Assembly (NCBI GenBank): GCA_035358035.1
Contig: DAOPOS010000001.1
Span: forward strand, 37,189-101,188
DNA length: 64,000 nt
Direction of reading: 5' to 3'
Source of the DNA: Syntrophales bacterium
GTDB lineage: Bacteria; Desulfobacterota; Syntrophia; Syntrophales; UBA2251
A model generated the notes under the pieces. That model searched no databases. It saw only the letters and a program-made list of their open reading frames with translations, and had not been told where the DNA came from. Below, in pieces: positions 9,408 to 18,197 of this stretch. Position numbers and translations under genes: made by a program. The stretch's first letter is position 1; each line of letters starts with the position of its first letter.

Positions 9408-9721
9408 GCCACGCCCCCGGATACGAAATGTTCACCCTCCCGTTGCGGAGGGCTGCACCTTATCACACAAAAGGCCCGCGATCCAGCGGCGTTCCCGCCT
9501 TTTTCATTCATTTGGGTTTGCCTTCTCCGGCAAAGGCGGGTATGCATGGTCCTCGTGATCGTTTTTTACCAACCGCCGGGCGCGCCCCGGACGGGAAGGC
9601 CGGGGGGGCATCCCGGCATTTCCGGCCGTCCCGGGGCCGATGCGCCGAATCCCGCCCGTTCCCGGAACACCGCCGGGACGGGGAACGTGTCGGCCGCGGG
9701 CGCCTGGATAAGGAGGAGCGG

Positions 9722-10324
9722 ATGTCACCAGAGGCGAAGCGAAGTGTGATCGAACGGGTAACCGGGCAGAACGTCGTCTGCCCCTGGTGGCTGTGCTACA
9801 CCTTCGACAACCCCCTGCGCCGGCTCATCCACCCTGCGGACCGCGTTCTGGGTCCCTACGTGCGCCCCGGGGACCGGGTGATCGACATCGGCCCGGGCAT
9901 GGGTTACTTCACGCTGCCCCTGGCCGAACGCGTCGGCCCGACGGGATGCGTCACGGCGATCGATATCCAGGAGAAGATGCTCTCGACGCTGATGGCGCGG
10001 GCGCGCAGGCAGGGCGTCCCGGACGTCATCCGGACCCATCTGGCGAGTCCGGCATCCCTGGGGAGCCATGAACCGGCGGATTTCATCCTGGCCTTCTGGA
10101 TGCTCCACGAGGTTCCCGATCAGGGGGCGTTTCTTTCCGGAATCCGGACGTTGATCAAACCGGAGGGGATGTTTCTGCTGGCCGAGCCGAAGCTCCACGT
10201 TCCCCGCAAAAGTTTCCTGCGGTCCCTGAAAACGGCGCAGGGAACCGGATGGGTCGTCCGCGAAGAGCCGCCCGTCCGGATGAGCCACAGCGCCCTGCTG
10301 GTCCCGCGAGAAAGCGGACGCTGA
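9722..10324 (+). CDS. Class I SAM-dependent methyltransferase
   Basis: The ATG follows AAGGAGGAG. SAM motif I is VIDIGPGMGYF. Confidence 0.8.
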   Translation: MSPEAKRSVIERVTGQNVVCPWWLCYTFDNPLRRLIHPADRVLGPYVRPGDRVIDIGPGMGYFTLPLAERVGPTGCVTAIDIQEKMLSTLMARARRQGVPDVIRTHLASPASLGSHEPADFILAFWMLHEVPDQGAFLSGIRTLIKPEGMFLLAEPKLHVPRKSFLRSLKTAQGTGWVVREEPPVRMSHSALLVPRESGR

Positions 10325-10345
10325 CCGGGACGGCCGGCCGGGGGC

Positions 10346-11392
10346 TCACTCAGTGCCTCCCGCGGTCTCCCGGGCTGGGGAGGCGGCGGGCTCGCCGGCG
10401 GGCGCCGGGTCGTGCGCGACGCGGGCGCGCCCTTCCCGCTTGGCCCGGTACATCAGGTTGTCCACCCGGGTCAGCAGGGCGTCGATGCCTTCGTGACCCT
10501 GGTACTGGGTAACGCCGAAACTGGCCGTCAACAACCCGATCCCGGGCAGGGGTTCGGATTTCAGCCGCTCCAGGAGATCCCCCGCGAGGGCCATCGCCTG
10601 AGGCAGGGTGGTGTTGCCGAGCAGGATCATGAATTCCTCGCCGCCCCACCGGGCCAGGAGATCCGAAGCGCGGATCCGTTGCTGGATCAGGTCCACCACT
10701 CCCTTGAGCGCCCGGTCCCCGATCTCGTGACCGAGGCGGTCGTTCACGGCCTTGAAGCGATCGATATCCAGCATGACGAGGGAAAACGGCGTTGCGTAAC
10801 GATCGCTGCGCATCATCTCCCGCCGCAATTCCCCCACGAAATGACGGCGGTTGAAGGCGCCGGTCAGCGGATCCGTGGTCGCCAGCGTCCGGAGTTCCTC
10901 GCGGAGGCGTCTCTGCTCCGAGACGTCCCGGCTGACGCCGAGGATGGCCGTCGCCCGTCCCTCCCCGTCCCGCAGGAAGGACAGGACGTTTTCGATCCAG
11001 ATCAGGGACCCGTCCTTGCGGTATTCCTCGATCTCGAGGGTCGCCGTGCGCCGGGGATCCGCCGTTCCGGCCGCTTCGAGCGCCATTTCATCCTCCAGGC
11101 GCCTTGTCACAATCTCCAGAGAGCGGGGCGGAAGCACTTCGTGCGCGCTCTGCGCCATCGTCTCTTCCGGGGTGGAGCCGTAGATCTTCGTGACGGACGG
11201 GCTGACGTAGGTAAAGCGGAGGGTCCCCAGGTCCATCGTCCAGAGACAGTCTCCGGAATGATCGGCAATCTGGCGGTATTTCCGTTCGCTTTCCCGCAGC
11301 GTCCTCTCGGCCTCCCGGAGGCCCGCCACCTCCCGTTCCAGCCCGGCCAACCGCCGCCATAACGCGTCCGCCTCCCGCTCCCGTCCGCTCAT
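10346..11392 (-). CDS. Coiled-coil/PAS-GGDEF diguanylate cyclase
   Basis: A PAS region is followed by TDPLTGAFNRRHF and RWGGEEF. An RASD I-site lies 5 residues before GGEEF. Confidence 0.9.
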   Translation of the reverse strand: MSGREREADALWRRLAGLEREVAGLREAERTLRESERKYRQIADHSGDCLWTMDLGTLRFTYVSPSVTKIYGSTPEETMAQSAHEVLPPRSLEIVTRRLEDEMALEAAGTADPRRTATLEIEEYRKDGSLIWIENVLSFLRDGEGRATAILGVSRDVSEQRRLREELRTLATTDPLTGAFNRRHFVGELRREMMRSDRYATPFSLVMLDIDRFKAVNDRLGHEIGDRALKGVVDLIQQRIRASDLLARWGGEEFMILLGNTTLPQAMALAGDLLERLKSEPLPGIGLLTASFGVTQYQGHEGIDALLTRVDNLMYRAKREGRARVAHDPAPAGEPAASPARETAGGTE

Positions 11393-11590
11393 CTGGATCG
11401 ACTCCTCTTTTGTCCGAATGCCTGTTGCCAGGCGAGGAACGTTCCCGCCGTCATGGACGTCCGGGCGGCACGGTCATCGCCCCCGTCCCTCCATCCGCGG
11501 CCGTCAGGACCCGCACGATGTCATTTGATCTCCTTCATGCCCTCCCCTTCAAAATCTTGCAAGGTGTTTTTCCGATTCTCCCGATTCCGC

Positions 11591-11620
11591 TTGACGTTTT
11601 TCGTTCAAGTCGCCTACAGT
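11591..11620 (+). promoter_or_regulatory. Sigma-70-like promoter candidate (TTGACG-N18-TACAGT)
   Basis: Hexamers read directly. It lies about 420 nt upstream of the TolC-family start, and its target is unclear. Confidence 0.3.
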
Positions 11621-11925
11621 AGCCCGCAATATCGTCAACGCCCCATCCGGCGTCATCCTCCTGGAGGCCTCCGGTCCCGCAACACGGCCGGCAGGGACAA
11701 GGGGTGGAAGGGGCGCTGGTGCGGATAGGAATGATCCAGCCGGATCCTTTGCCCGCCTGGTTATTATCCACCCCCCGCCGCGCGGGTGCGAATCGGGAGA
11801 TCGCGGGGATCCGTCTCAGACCGGCCGCCCTGTTGACGGATGTCCAAGAAAGCGCGGCGCCTTCGCCGGTTCTCCCCGGCTTCCGCGCCCGGATGACGAG
11901 GGCGTCGTGTCGCGGACGGACCGGA

Positions 11926-11941
11926 TGGCACGACGATTGCT
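11926..11941 (+). promoter_or_regulatory. Sigma-54 (-24/-12) promoter TGGCACG-N4-TTGCT
   Basis: The sequence TGGCACGACGATTGCT matches the extended RpoN consensus TGGCACG-N4-TTGCW at every specified position. It is intergenic, oriented toward the TolC-family gene about 100 nt downstream. Confidence 0.7.
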
Positions 11942-12041
11942 GTGAATCCCGGCGGAAAGGATCTGCAAAATGAATGAAGGCGGACGGGACAGGCGCCCCC
12001 GAGGTCCGGATCGAGCCCTCCCCCGGTCGCGGAGGATGCCG

Positions 12042-13328
12042 ATGGCCAGAACGGTCGCTTCTCTGCTCCTGATGCTGGTGTTGCTGCCCGCGGCGGCGGG
12101 CGCGGAAGAACCGATCCGGGCGGGGGAGACCCTGACCCTCGAACGCTGCCTCGCCATCGCCCTCAGCCGTCACCCGGATCTCCAGGCCGCCGCCCATACC
12201 GTCCGGGCGGGGGAATCCCGCATCGGCCAGGTCCGCGCGGACTACTACCCACAGGTGAGCGGCGCGGCCGGCTACAGCCGGACGGACCCCTCCGGGGCGG
12301 GGGGCGCCGCGGGGCGATCCAGCCGTCCGTCCGACAGCTATTCCTCCAGCCTCAGCCTGAGCCAGAACCTCTACGACTTCGGTAAAACCGCCTCCCGGGT
12401 CCGCATCCGGGAGCTGGACCGGGATTCGTCCCAGGCGGATTTCGAGCAGGTCCGCGCGCAGATTGTCCTCGGCGTGAAACAGGCCTACTGGGAACTCTTG
12501 AAATCCGAACGGGACCGGGAGGTCGCCCGGGAAACGGTGGGTCAGTTCCAGCAGCACCTGGACCGGGCCAGGGGGTTCTTCGACGTCGGCACGAAGCCGA
12601 AATTCGACGTCACCAAGGCGGAGGTGGATCTTTCCGGCGCGAAGCTCGCCCTCCTCAAGGCCGAAAACGCCTGGCGGCTGGCCCGGGTGTCGCTGAGCAA
12701 CGCCATCGGCCTGCCGGAGGCTCCGGAGTTCGCCATCGTCGATTCGCTCTCCGCGACGCGCGCGCCGGTTGCGCTGGACGAGGCCATCCGCCTGGCCTAT
12801 GACCGCCGGCCGAACCTCCGGGCGATTGCCATCCGGGTCCAGGCCCAGGCGGAAACGGTCAACCTTGCCAAAAAGGACCATTACCCCTTCCTGACGGGAA
12901 ACGCCCATTACGGGTGGGGCGGAGGCGACTTCCCCCTCGACGACGGCTGGAGCGTCGGCGCCCAGGTGAACGTTCCCCTGTTCAGCGGCTACGCCACGCA
13001 GTACCAGATCGAGGAGGCGCGGGCGACGCTGGATGCCCTGAACGCCAACCTGGCGGCGCTGCGGCAGACCGTCGCCCTGGAGGTGAAGCAGGCCTGGCTG
13101 AATCTCCGGGAGGCGTCGGACCGGATCGATGCGGCGGCCCTGTCCGTCCGTCAGGCGGAGGAAAATCTGGAGCTGGCCCAGGGCCGGTACGCGACGGGCG
13201 TCGGCAGCCCGATCGAGGTCACGGACGCCCTGGTGTCGGTCAGCAACGCGAAAACGGCGCACACCGCCGCGCTGTACGATTACCGGGTGGCGCAGGCGAG
13301 CCTGGAGAAGGCGACGGGAGAACGATGA
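12042..13328 (+). CDS. TolC-family outer-membrane efflux protein
   Basis: Track ORF 11970..13328, with ATG 6 nt after GGAGG. It has a signal peptide (MARTVASLLLMLVLLPAAAGA) and duplicated TolC-like repeats (LERCLAIAL..HPDL, YDRRPNL). Confidence 0.9.
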   Translation: MARTVASLLLMLVLLPAAAGAEEPIRAGETLTLERCLAIALSRHPDLQAAAHTVRAGESRIGQVRADYYPQVSGAAGYSRTDPSGAGGAAGRSSRPSDSYSSSLSLSQNLYDFGKTASRVRIRELDRDSSQADFEQVRAQIVLGVKQAYWELLKSERDREVARETVGQFQQHLDRARGFFDVGTKPKFDVTKAEVDLSGAKLALLKAENAWRLARVSLSNAIGLPEAPEFAIVDSLSATRAPVALDEAIRLAYDRRPNLRAIAIRVQAQAETVNLAKKDHYPFLTGNAHYGWGGGDFPLDDGWSVGAQVNVPLFSGYATQYQIEEARATLDALNANLAALRQTVALEVKQAWLNLREASDRIDAAALSVRQAEENLELAQGRYATGVGSPIEVTDALVSVSNAKTAHTAALYDYRVAQASLEKATGER

Positions 13329-14542
13329 AAAAGAAACTGCTGATCACGGGGGTTCTGGTCGCGGCGCTCGCGCTGGGCGGATATCTCCTCTTCAAGAAGA
13401 ACGGCGAGACCGTCCGCTACCGGACCGACCGGGTGACCCGGGGAGACGTGAGCGCGGCCGTCACGGCGACGGGCACGGTCAGCGCCGTCACCACCGTCAC
13501 CGTGGGCACGCAGGTGTCGGGCACGATCAGGCAGATCTTCGTGGACTACAACTCGCTCGTCCGGAAGGGGCAGCTCCTGGCCCAGATCGATCCCGCGCTG
13601 CCCCAGGCCAGGGTGGACCAGGCGCGCGCCAACCTGCAGTCCGCCGGCGCCGGCGTCGAGAAGGCCGAGGCGGCGCTCACCGACGCCCGGCGGACCCTGG
13701 AGCGGAACCAGACGCTCTACGCCCGGAACTACATCGCCCGCAGCGACCTGGACGCGGCGGAAACGGCCCACCGGTCGGCCCAGGCGCAGGTCAGCGTCGC
13801 CCGGGCCCAGGTCGCCCAGGCGCGGGCGACGCTGAACGCGGAGGAGACCAGCCTGCGCTATACCCGCATCCTGTCGCCGGTGGAGGGCACCGTCATTTCG
13901 CGCAACGTGGACGTCGGCCAGACCGTGGCGGCGAGTTTCCAGACGCCCACCCTCTTCAGCATCGCCCGGGATCTCACCGAGATGCAGATCGACACGAGCG
14001 TGGACGAGGCGGACATCGGCCGGATCCGGGTCGGCCAGGAGGTTCGGTTCACCGTGGACGCCTATCCCGATCTCAGCTTCACCGGGAAGGTTTCGGAGGT
14101 CCGCAACGCCCCGACGACGGTGTCGAACGTGGTCACCTACACCGTCATCATCAAGGTGGCCAATCCGGAACTCAAGCTGAAGCCGGGAATGACGGCCAAC
14201 GTCTCCATCATCACGGCGACCCGGAAGGGCGTCCTGACGATCCCGAACGCCGCCCTGCGCTTCAAGGGGCCGGAGAAAAAAACGACGGCCGGGGCCAGAG
14301 AAGCGGGCGCCCCCGCGGGGAGTTCCGCCGTGCGAACGCCTCCGGGGCAAACGATGCGGGACCTGTGGACGCTGTCCGACGGCAAACCCGTGCGCGTCCG
14401 CGCGGGGATCGGGATCAGCGACGGCAACCTGACCGAACTGACCGCCGGCCCCCTCAAGGAAGGCGACGTCGTCATCCTCGATGTCGCGGGCGCCGCGCAG
14501 CCGCAGGAGAACATTCCCCGGCCGCCGGGATTCTTCCGTTGA
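13325..14542 (+). CDS. macA: HlyD/MacA-type periplasmic adaptor (membrane fusion protein)
   Basis: ATGA overlap with the TolC-family stop. An N-terminal anchor is followed by coiled-coil and beta-barrel motifs (YTRILSPVEGTVISRNVDVGQTV). Confidence 0.85.
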   Translation: MKKKLLITGVLVAALALGGYLLFKKNGETVRYRTDRVTRGDVSAAVTATGTVSAVTTVTVGTQVSGTIRQIFVDYNSLVRKGQLLAQIDPALPQARVDQARANLQSAGAGVEKAEAALTDARRTLERNQTLYARNYIARSDLDAAETAHRSAQAQVSVARAQVAQARATLNAEETSLRYTRILSPVEGTVISRNVDVGQTVAASFQTPTLFSIARDLTEMQIDTSVDEADIGRIRVGQEVRFTVDAYPDLSFTGKVSEVRNAPTTVSNVVTYTVIIKVANPELKLKPGMTANVSIITATRKGVLTIPNAALRFKGPEKKTTAGAREAGAPAGSSAVRTPPGQTMRDLWTLSDGKPVRVRAGIGISDGNLTELTAGPLKEGDVVILDVAGAAQPQENIPRPPGFFR

Positions 14543-14658
14543 GCGCCGTCAGGACGGACCGGGCGCCGCGGATCGCGGTCGGGCGGCGATCGCCGTGTTC
14601 CGGTCTTTCCCGGAAGGCACATCCCGGCAAGGCCCCGGCAGGAAGGTGAAGAGGCGTC

Positions 14659-15348
14659 ATGGCGCTCATCGAAACAGACCGGCTGTCGAAGATCTACCCC
14701 GTGGGCGAGACGAGCGTCCGGGCGCTGGACGAGGTCTCGGTGACCGTGCAACCCGGGGAGTTCGTGGCCATCATGGGCCCGTCGGGCTCCGGCAAATCCA
14801 CCTTCATGAATGTCATCGGCTGCCTCGACGAACCGACGGGCGGGGGCTACCGCCTCGAGGGCGTCGATATCGGCCGGCGGGACCGCGACGCCCTGGCGGA
14901 GATCCGCAACCGGAAGATCGGCTTCGTCTTCCAGGGTTTCAACCTCCTGCCGCGCACCAGCGCCCTGGAGAACGTGGAGCTGCCGATGCTCTACAACGGA
15001 ATCGGGCCGAAGGAGCGCCGGAGGCAGGCCCGCGAGGCCTTGAAGATGCTGGGGCTCGAAGGCCGGGAGAAGCATCATCCGAACCAGCTCTCCGGAGGCC
15101 AGCAGCAGCGTGTCGCCATCGCCCGCGCCCTCGTCAACCAGGCCCCGCTGATCCTCGCCGACGAGCCCACGGGGAACCTGGACACGAAGACGTCCGTCGA
15201 GATCATGGAGCTGTTCGTCAAGCTCAACCGGGACGCGGGGCGGACGATCCTGCTCGTGACCCACGAACCGGACATCGCCGCCTTCAGCGGTCGGATCATC
15301 CGCTTCCTGGACGGCCGCGTGATCAGCGACGAGCCGGTAAGGCATTGA
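14659..15348 (+). CDS. MacB/LolD-type ABC transporter ATP-binding protein
   Basis: Walker A GPSGSGKST, signature LSGGQQQRVAIARAL, Walker B LILADEPT. Confidence 0.95.
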   Translation: MALIETDRLSKIYPVGETSVRALDEVSVTVQPGEFVAIMGPSGSGKSTFMNVIGCLDEPTGGGYRLEGVDIGRRDRDALAEIRNRKIGFVFQGFNLLPRTSALENVELPMLYNGIGPKERRRQAREALKMLGLEGREKHHPNQLSGGQQQRVAIARALVNQAPLILADEPTGNLDTKTSVEIMELFVKLNRDAGRTILLVTHEPDIAAFSGRIIRFLDGRVISDEPVRH

Positions 15349-15416
15349 CGCGAGGCGGACCCTGAGATGACCCGGATCGAAAATGCACTCAGAATGACGG
15401 CGGCGAGGAGGCGGAG

Positions 15417-16646
15417 ATGATCAACATCCCGGCAACGTTCCGCATCTCCCTCCGCGCGCTGCGCGCCAACAAGATGCGTTCGGGGCTCACCATGCTCGGC
15501 ATCATCATCGGCGTGGGCGCGGTGATCGTCATGCTGGCCGTGGGGTCCGGGGCCAGCCGGCGCATCTCGCAGCAGATCGCCAGCATGGGCAGCAACCTGA
15601 TCATCGTCATGCCGGGGAGCAGCACCGCCGGAGGCCTGCGGATGGGCGCCGGGACGCAGTCCACCCTGACCCTGGGCGACGCCGAGGCCGTCGCCCGGGA
15701 GTGCACGGCCGTCGCCGACGTGGCGCCGATGCACAACGGCGCGGCCCAGATCGTGTACGGCAACCAGAACTGGGCGACCGGGATCGAGGGCTCCGGGCCC
15801 GGTATCCTGAACGTCCGGGACTGGACGCTCGCCGCCGGCCGGCCTTTCACCGATCAGGACGTCCGGAGCGCGACCAAGGTCTGCCTTCTGGGCCGGACCG
15901 CGGCGGACAACCTCTTCGGCAGCGCCGACCCCCTGGGCCAGATCATCCGGATCAAGAAGATCCCGTTCGTCGTCATCGGCGTCCTGGCGCCCAAGGGGCA
16001 GTCGATGATGGGCCAGGACCAGGACGACACGGTCATCGTCCCGATCACGACGGCGCAGCGGAAGATCTTCGGCACGCGCCTGCCGGGAATGGTCCGGCAC
16101 ATCGTCGTGAAGGCGCGCAGCGCCGACGAGATGGCGGAGGCGGAGGCGCAGATCACGGAACTCCTGCGCGAACGCCACCGCCTGACGCCGCGCGAGGAGA
16201 ACGACTTCACCGTGAGGAACCTGACCCAGATCATGCAGGCGGCCGAGCAGTCCACCCGGATCATGGCCCTGCTCCTGGCGGCGATCGCCTCCGTCTCGCT
16301 CCTCGTGGGCGGCATCGGGATCATGAACATCATGCTCGTCTCCGTGACGGAGCGGACCCGGGAAATCGGCATCCGCATGGCCGTGGGGGCCAAGACCTGG
16401 GACATCCGGCTGCAGTTCATCATCGAGGCCCTGACCCTGTCGCTCATCGGCGGCGTGATCGGGATCGTCCTGGGCGTCACGGGCGCGAAGCTCCTGTCGG
16501 TCCTGGCCGGCTGGTCGACCGTCATCTCCGTCCTGTCCGTTCTGCTGGCCTTCGGCTTCTCCGGTCTCGTGGGCCTGTTCTTCGGCTTCTACCCCGCCTA
16601 CAAGGCCTCCCAGCTGAACCCCATCGACGCCCTGCACTACGAATAG
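15417..16646 (+). CDS. MacB/FtsX-type ABC transporter permease
   Basis: Has the MacB periplasmic-domain architecture. The C-terminal FtsX motif is TERTREIGIRMAVGA. Confidence 0.9.
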   Translation: MINIPATFRISLRALRANKMRSGLTMLGIIIGVGAVIVMLAVGSGASRRISQQIASMGSNLIIVMPGSSTAGGLRMGAGTQSTLTLGDAEAVARECTAVADVAPMHNGAAQIVYGNQNWATGIEGSGPGILNVRDWTLAAGRPFTDQDVRSATKVCLLGRTAADNLFGSADPLGQIIRIKKIPFVVIGVLAPKGQSMMGQDQDDTVIVPITTAQRKIFGTRLPGMVRHIVVKARSADEMAEAEAQITELLRERHRLTPREENDFTVRNLTQIMQAAEQSTRIMALLLAAIASVSLLVGGIGIMNIMLVSVTERTREIGIRMAVGAKTWDIRLQFIIEALTLSLIGGVIGIVLGVTGAKLLSVLAGWSTVISVLSVLLAFGFSGLVGLFFGFYPAYKASQLNPIDALHYE

Positions 16647-16662
16647 CCTTCCCAGGATTCTC

Positions 16663-16691
16663 TTGACACGCAGGGGTCGGTTCTGTATCTG
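16663..16691 (+). promoter_or_regulatory. Weak sigma-70-like promoter candidate (TTGACA-N17-TATCTG)
   Basis: Hexamers read directly in the 222-nt gap before the 28-codon ORF. The -10 element is poor. Confidence 0.25.
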
Positions 16692-16868
16692 TTTTTTTGC
16701 GTGCAAACTCAGGCGATGATCCGCCTCATTGATCCGTGCACGCCTTCACCCAAGAGACGCGCGACCCCGACCCGCAGGGGTTCGTGCGGCCGCTTGACCC
16801 CACGCGGGGCGCCGTGGATCCGGGCGACAGCTTCGCGGCCACCCCTAACCCGACAGGGAGGTCCCCCC

Positions 16869-16955
16869 ATGAGCGACAGGCCGATCAAGCGGCGCGACTT
16901 CGTCAAGTGGGAGCGGCAGGTCGCGGTGAAACCGCGCGGGTGGCAAAAGACGTAG
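16869..16955 (+). CDS. 28-aa basic Trp-containing peptide MSDRPIKRRDFVKWERQVAVKPRGWQKT (candidate RiPP precursor or coupling uORF)
   Basis: GGGAGG lies 7 nt upstream of the ATG. 26 of 28 codons end in G or C, versus clearly lower GC3 in the upstream in-frame extension. The stop is 3 nt before the radical-SAM ATG. Confidence 0.5.
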   Translation: MSDRPIKRRDFVKWERQVAVKPRGWQKT

Positions 16956-16958
16956 CCC

Positions 16959-18197
16959 ATGGCGGAGACGGCGCCCAGGTCCATCCTCGTCAAGCCCGCC
17001 GGTCCGGACTGCGGCATGGCGTGCGGCTACTGCTTCTATTCCGGCAAGGCGGGGCTCTACCCTGAGACCGCAACCCACCGGATGGACGAGGCCGTCCTCG
17101 ACGCCACCCTGCGCCAGTTCCTGGACCAGCCCGCCTCCGAGCTCTCCATCGGCTGGCAGGGGGGCGAGCCCACGCTGATGGGTCTCCCCTTCTTCGAGCG
17201 GGCCGTGGCGCTCGAAGAACGCTACGGCGACGGCAAGACGATCGGCAACGGTCTCCAGACGAACGGCCTTTTGCTCGATCGCCGCTGGGCACGGTTCTTC
17301 CGGCAGTACCGGTTCCTGATCGGTCTGTCGATCGACGGGCCGGCGGACGTCCACGACCGGTACCGGGTGCGGCGCGGCGGGGGCGGCACGTGGGCGCGGG
17401 TCCGCGACGCGGCGCGGATGCTCCTGGACGAGGGGGTGCCGGTCAATGCGCTCACGGTGGTCAACGACGTCACCGCGCGCTTTCCGGACGAGATCTACGA
17501 TCATCACCGCGCGCTCGGCCTCGATTACATGCAGTTCATCCCCTGCGTGGAGACCGATCCGTCCGATCCGCGCCGCGCCGCGCCCTTCTCCGTCACGGCG
17601 GAGGCGTACGGCGCGTTCCTCTGCCGGATCTTCGACCGGTGGCGCGCCGATTTCCGCGATGGCAAGCCCCAGGCCTCGGTGCGCTTCTTCGAGTCGCTGC
17701 TGTTCGGCTATGCGGGCCTCGCGCCGCCGGACTGCACCCTGTGCGAGACCTGCGGCGACTACCTCGTCGTGGAGCACAACGGCGACGTGTATCCCTGCGA
17801 TTTCTTCGTGGAGCCTGCGGAGCGGCTGGGCAACCTGATGCGGGAGCCGCTGGCCGGGCTGTACGCGTCGGACCGGCAGCGGGACTTCGGCCGCCGCAAG
17901 GCCGCGCTGCCCGGGGCGTGCGTCGTCTGTCCCTGGCTTGCCCGCTGCCGGGGCGGGTGCCCCAAGGACCGGCGGCGCGACCCGCGCGATCTCGGCGTCA
18001 GCCACTTCTGTGCTGCCTACCAAAGGTTCTTCGCGCACGCGGACGGCGAGTTCGAGCGGCTGGTCGCCGCCTGGCGCCGCCGGACCGCGGCCGGGGAAGC
18101 GCCCCGGGAGCGGGCGGCGGCGGGCTCCCGCACGGGCCGGAACGCGCCCTGCCCCTGCGGGAGCGGTCTCAAGTTCAAGCGCTGCTGCGGCCGGTGA
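16959..18197 (+). CDS. Radical-SAM/SPASM enzyme, anSME-like architecture, with a C-terminal SEC-C motif
   Basis: CGMACGYC (Cx3Cx2C) at residues 18-25. SPASM Cys motifs are CTLCETCG..YPCDFF..CVVCPWLARCRGGCP. The tail is PCPCGSGLKFKRCC. Confidence 0.85.
   Translation: MAETAPRSILVKPAGPDCGMACGYCFYSGKAGLYPETATHRMDEAVLDATLRQFLDQPASELSIGWQGGEPTLMGLPFFERAVALEERYGDGKTIGNGLQTNGLLLDRRWARFFRQYRFLIGLSIDGPADVHDRYRVRRGGGGTWARVRDAARMLLDEGVPVNALTVVNDVTARFPDEIYDHHRALGLDYMQFIPCVETDPSDPRRAAPFSVTAEAYGAFLCRIFDRWRADFRDGKPQASVRFFESLLFGYAGLAPPDCTLCETCGDYLVVEHNGDVYPCDFFVEPAERLGNLMREPLAGLYASDRQRDFGRRKAALPGACVVCPWLARCRGGCPKDRRRDPRDLGVSHFCAAYQRFFAHADGEFERLVAAWRRRTAAGEAPRERAAAGSRTGRNAPCPCGSGLKFKRCCGR

Noticed and set aside
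16701-16868. The longer 84-aa version of the small ORF upstream of the radical-SAM gene (GTG start at 16701)
   Set aside because: The upstream part has visibly lower third-position GC and no SD. The internal ATG at 16869 has a GGGAGG SD and near-uniform GC3.
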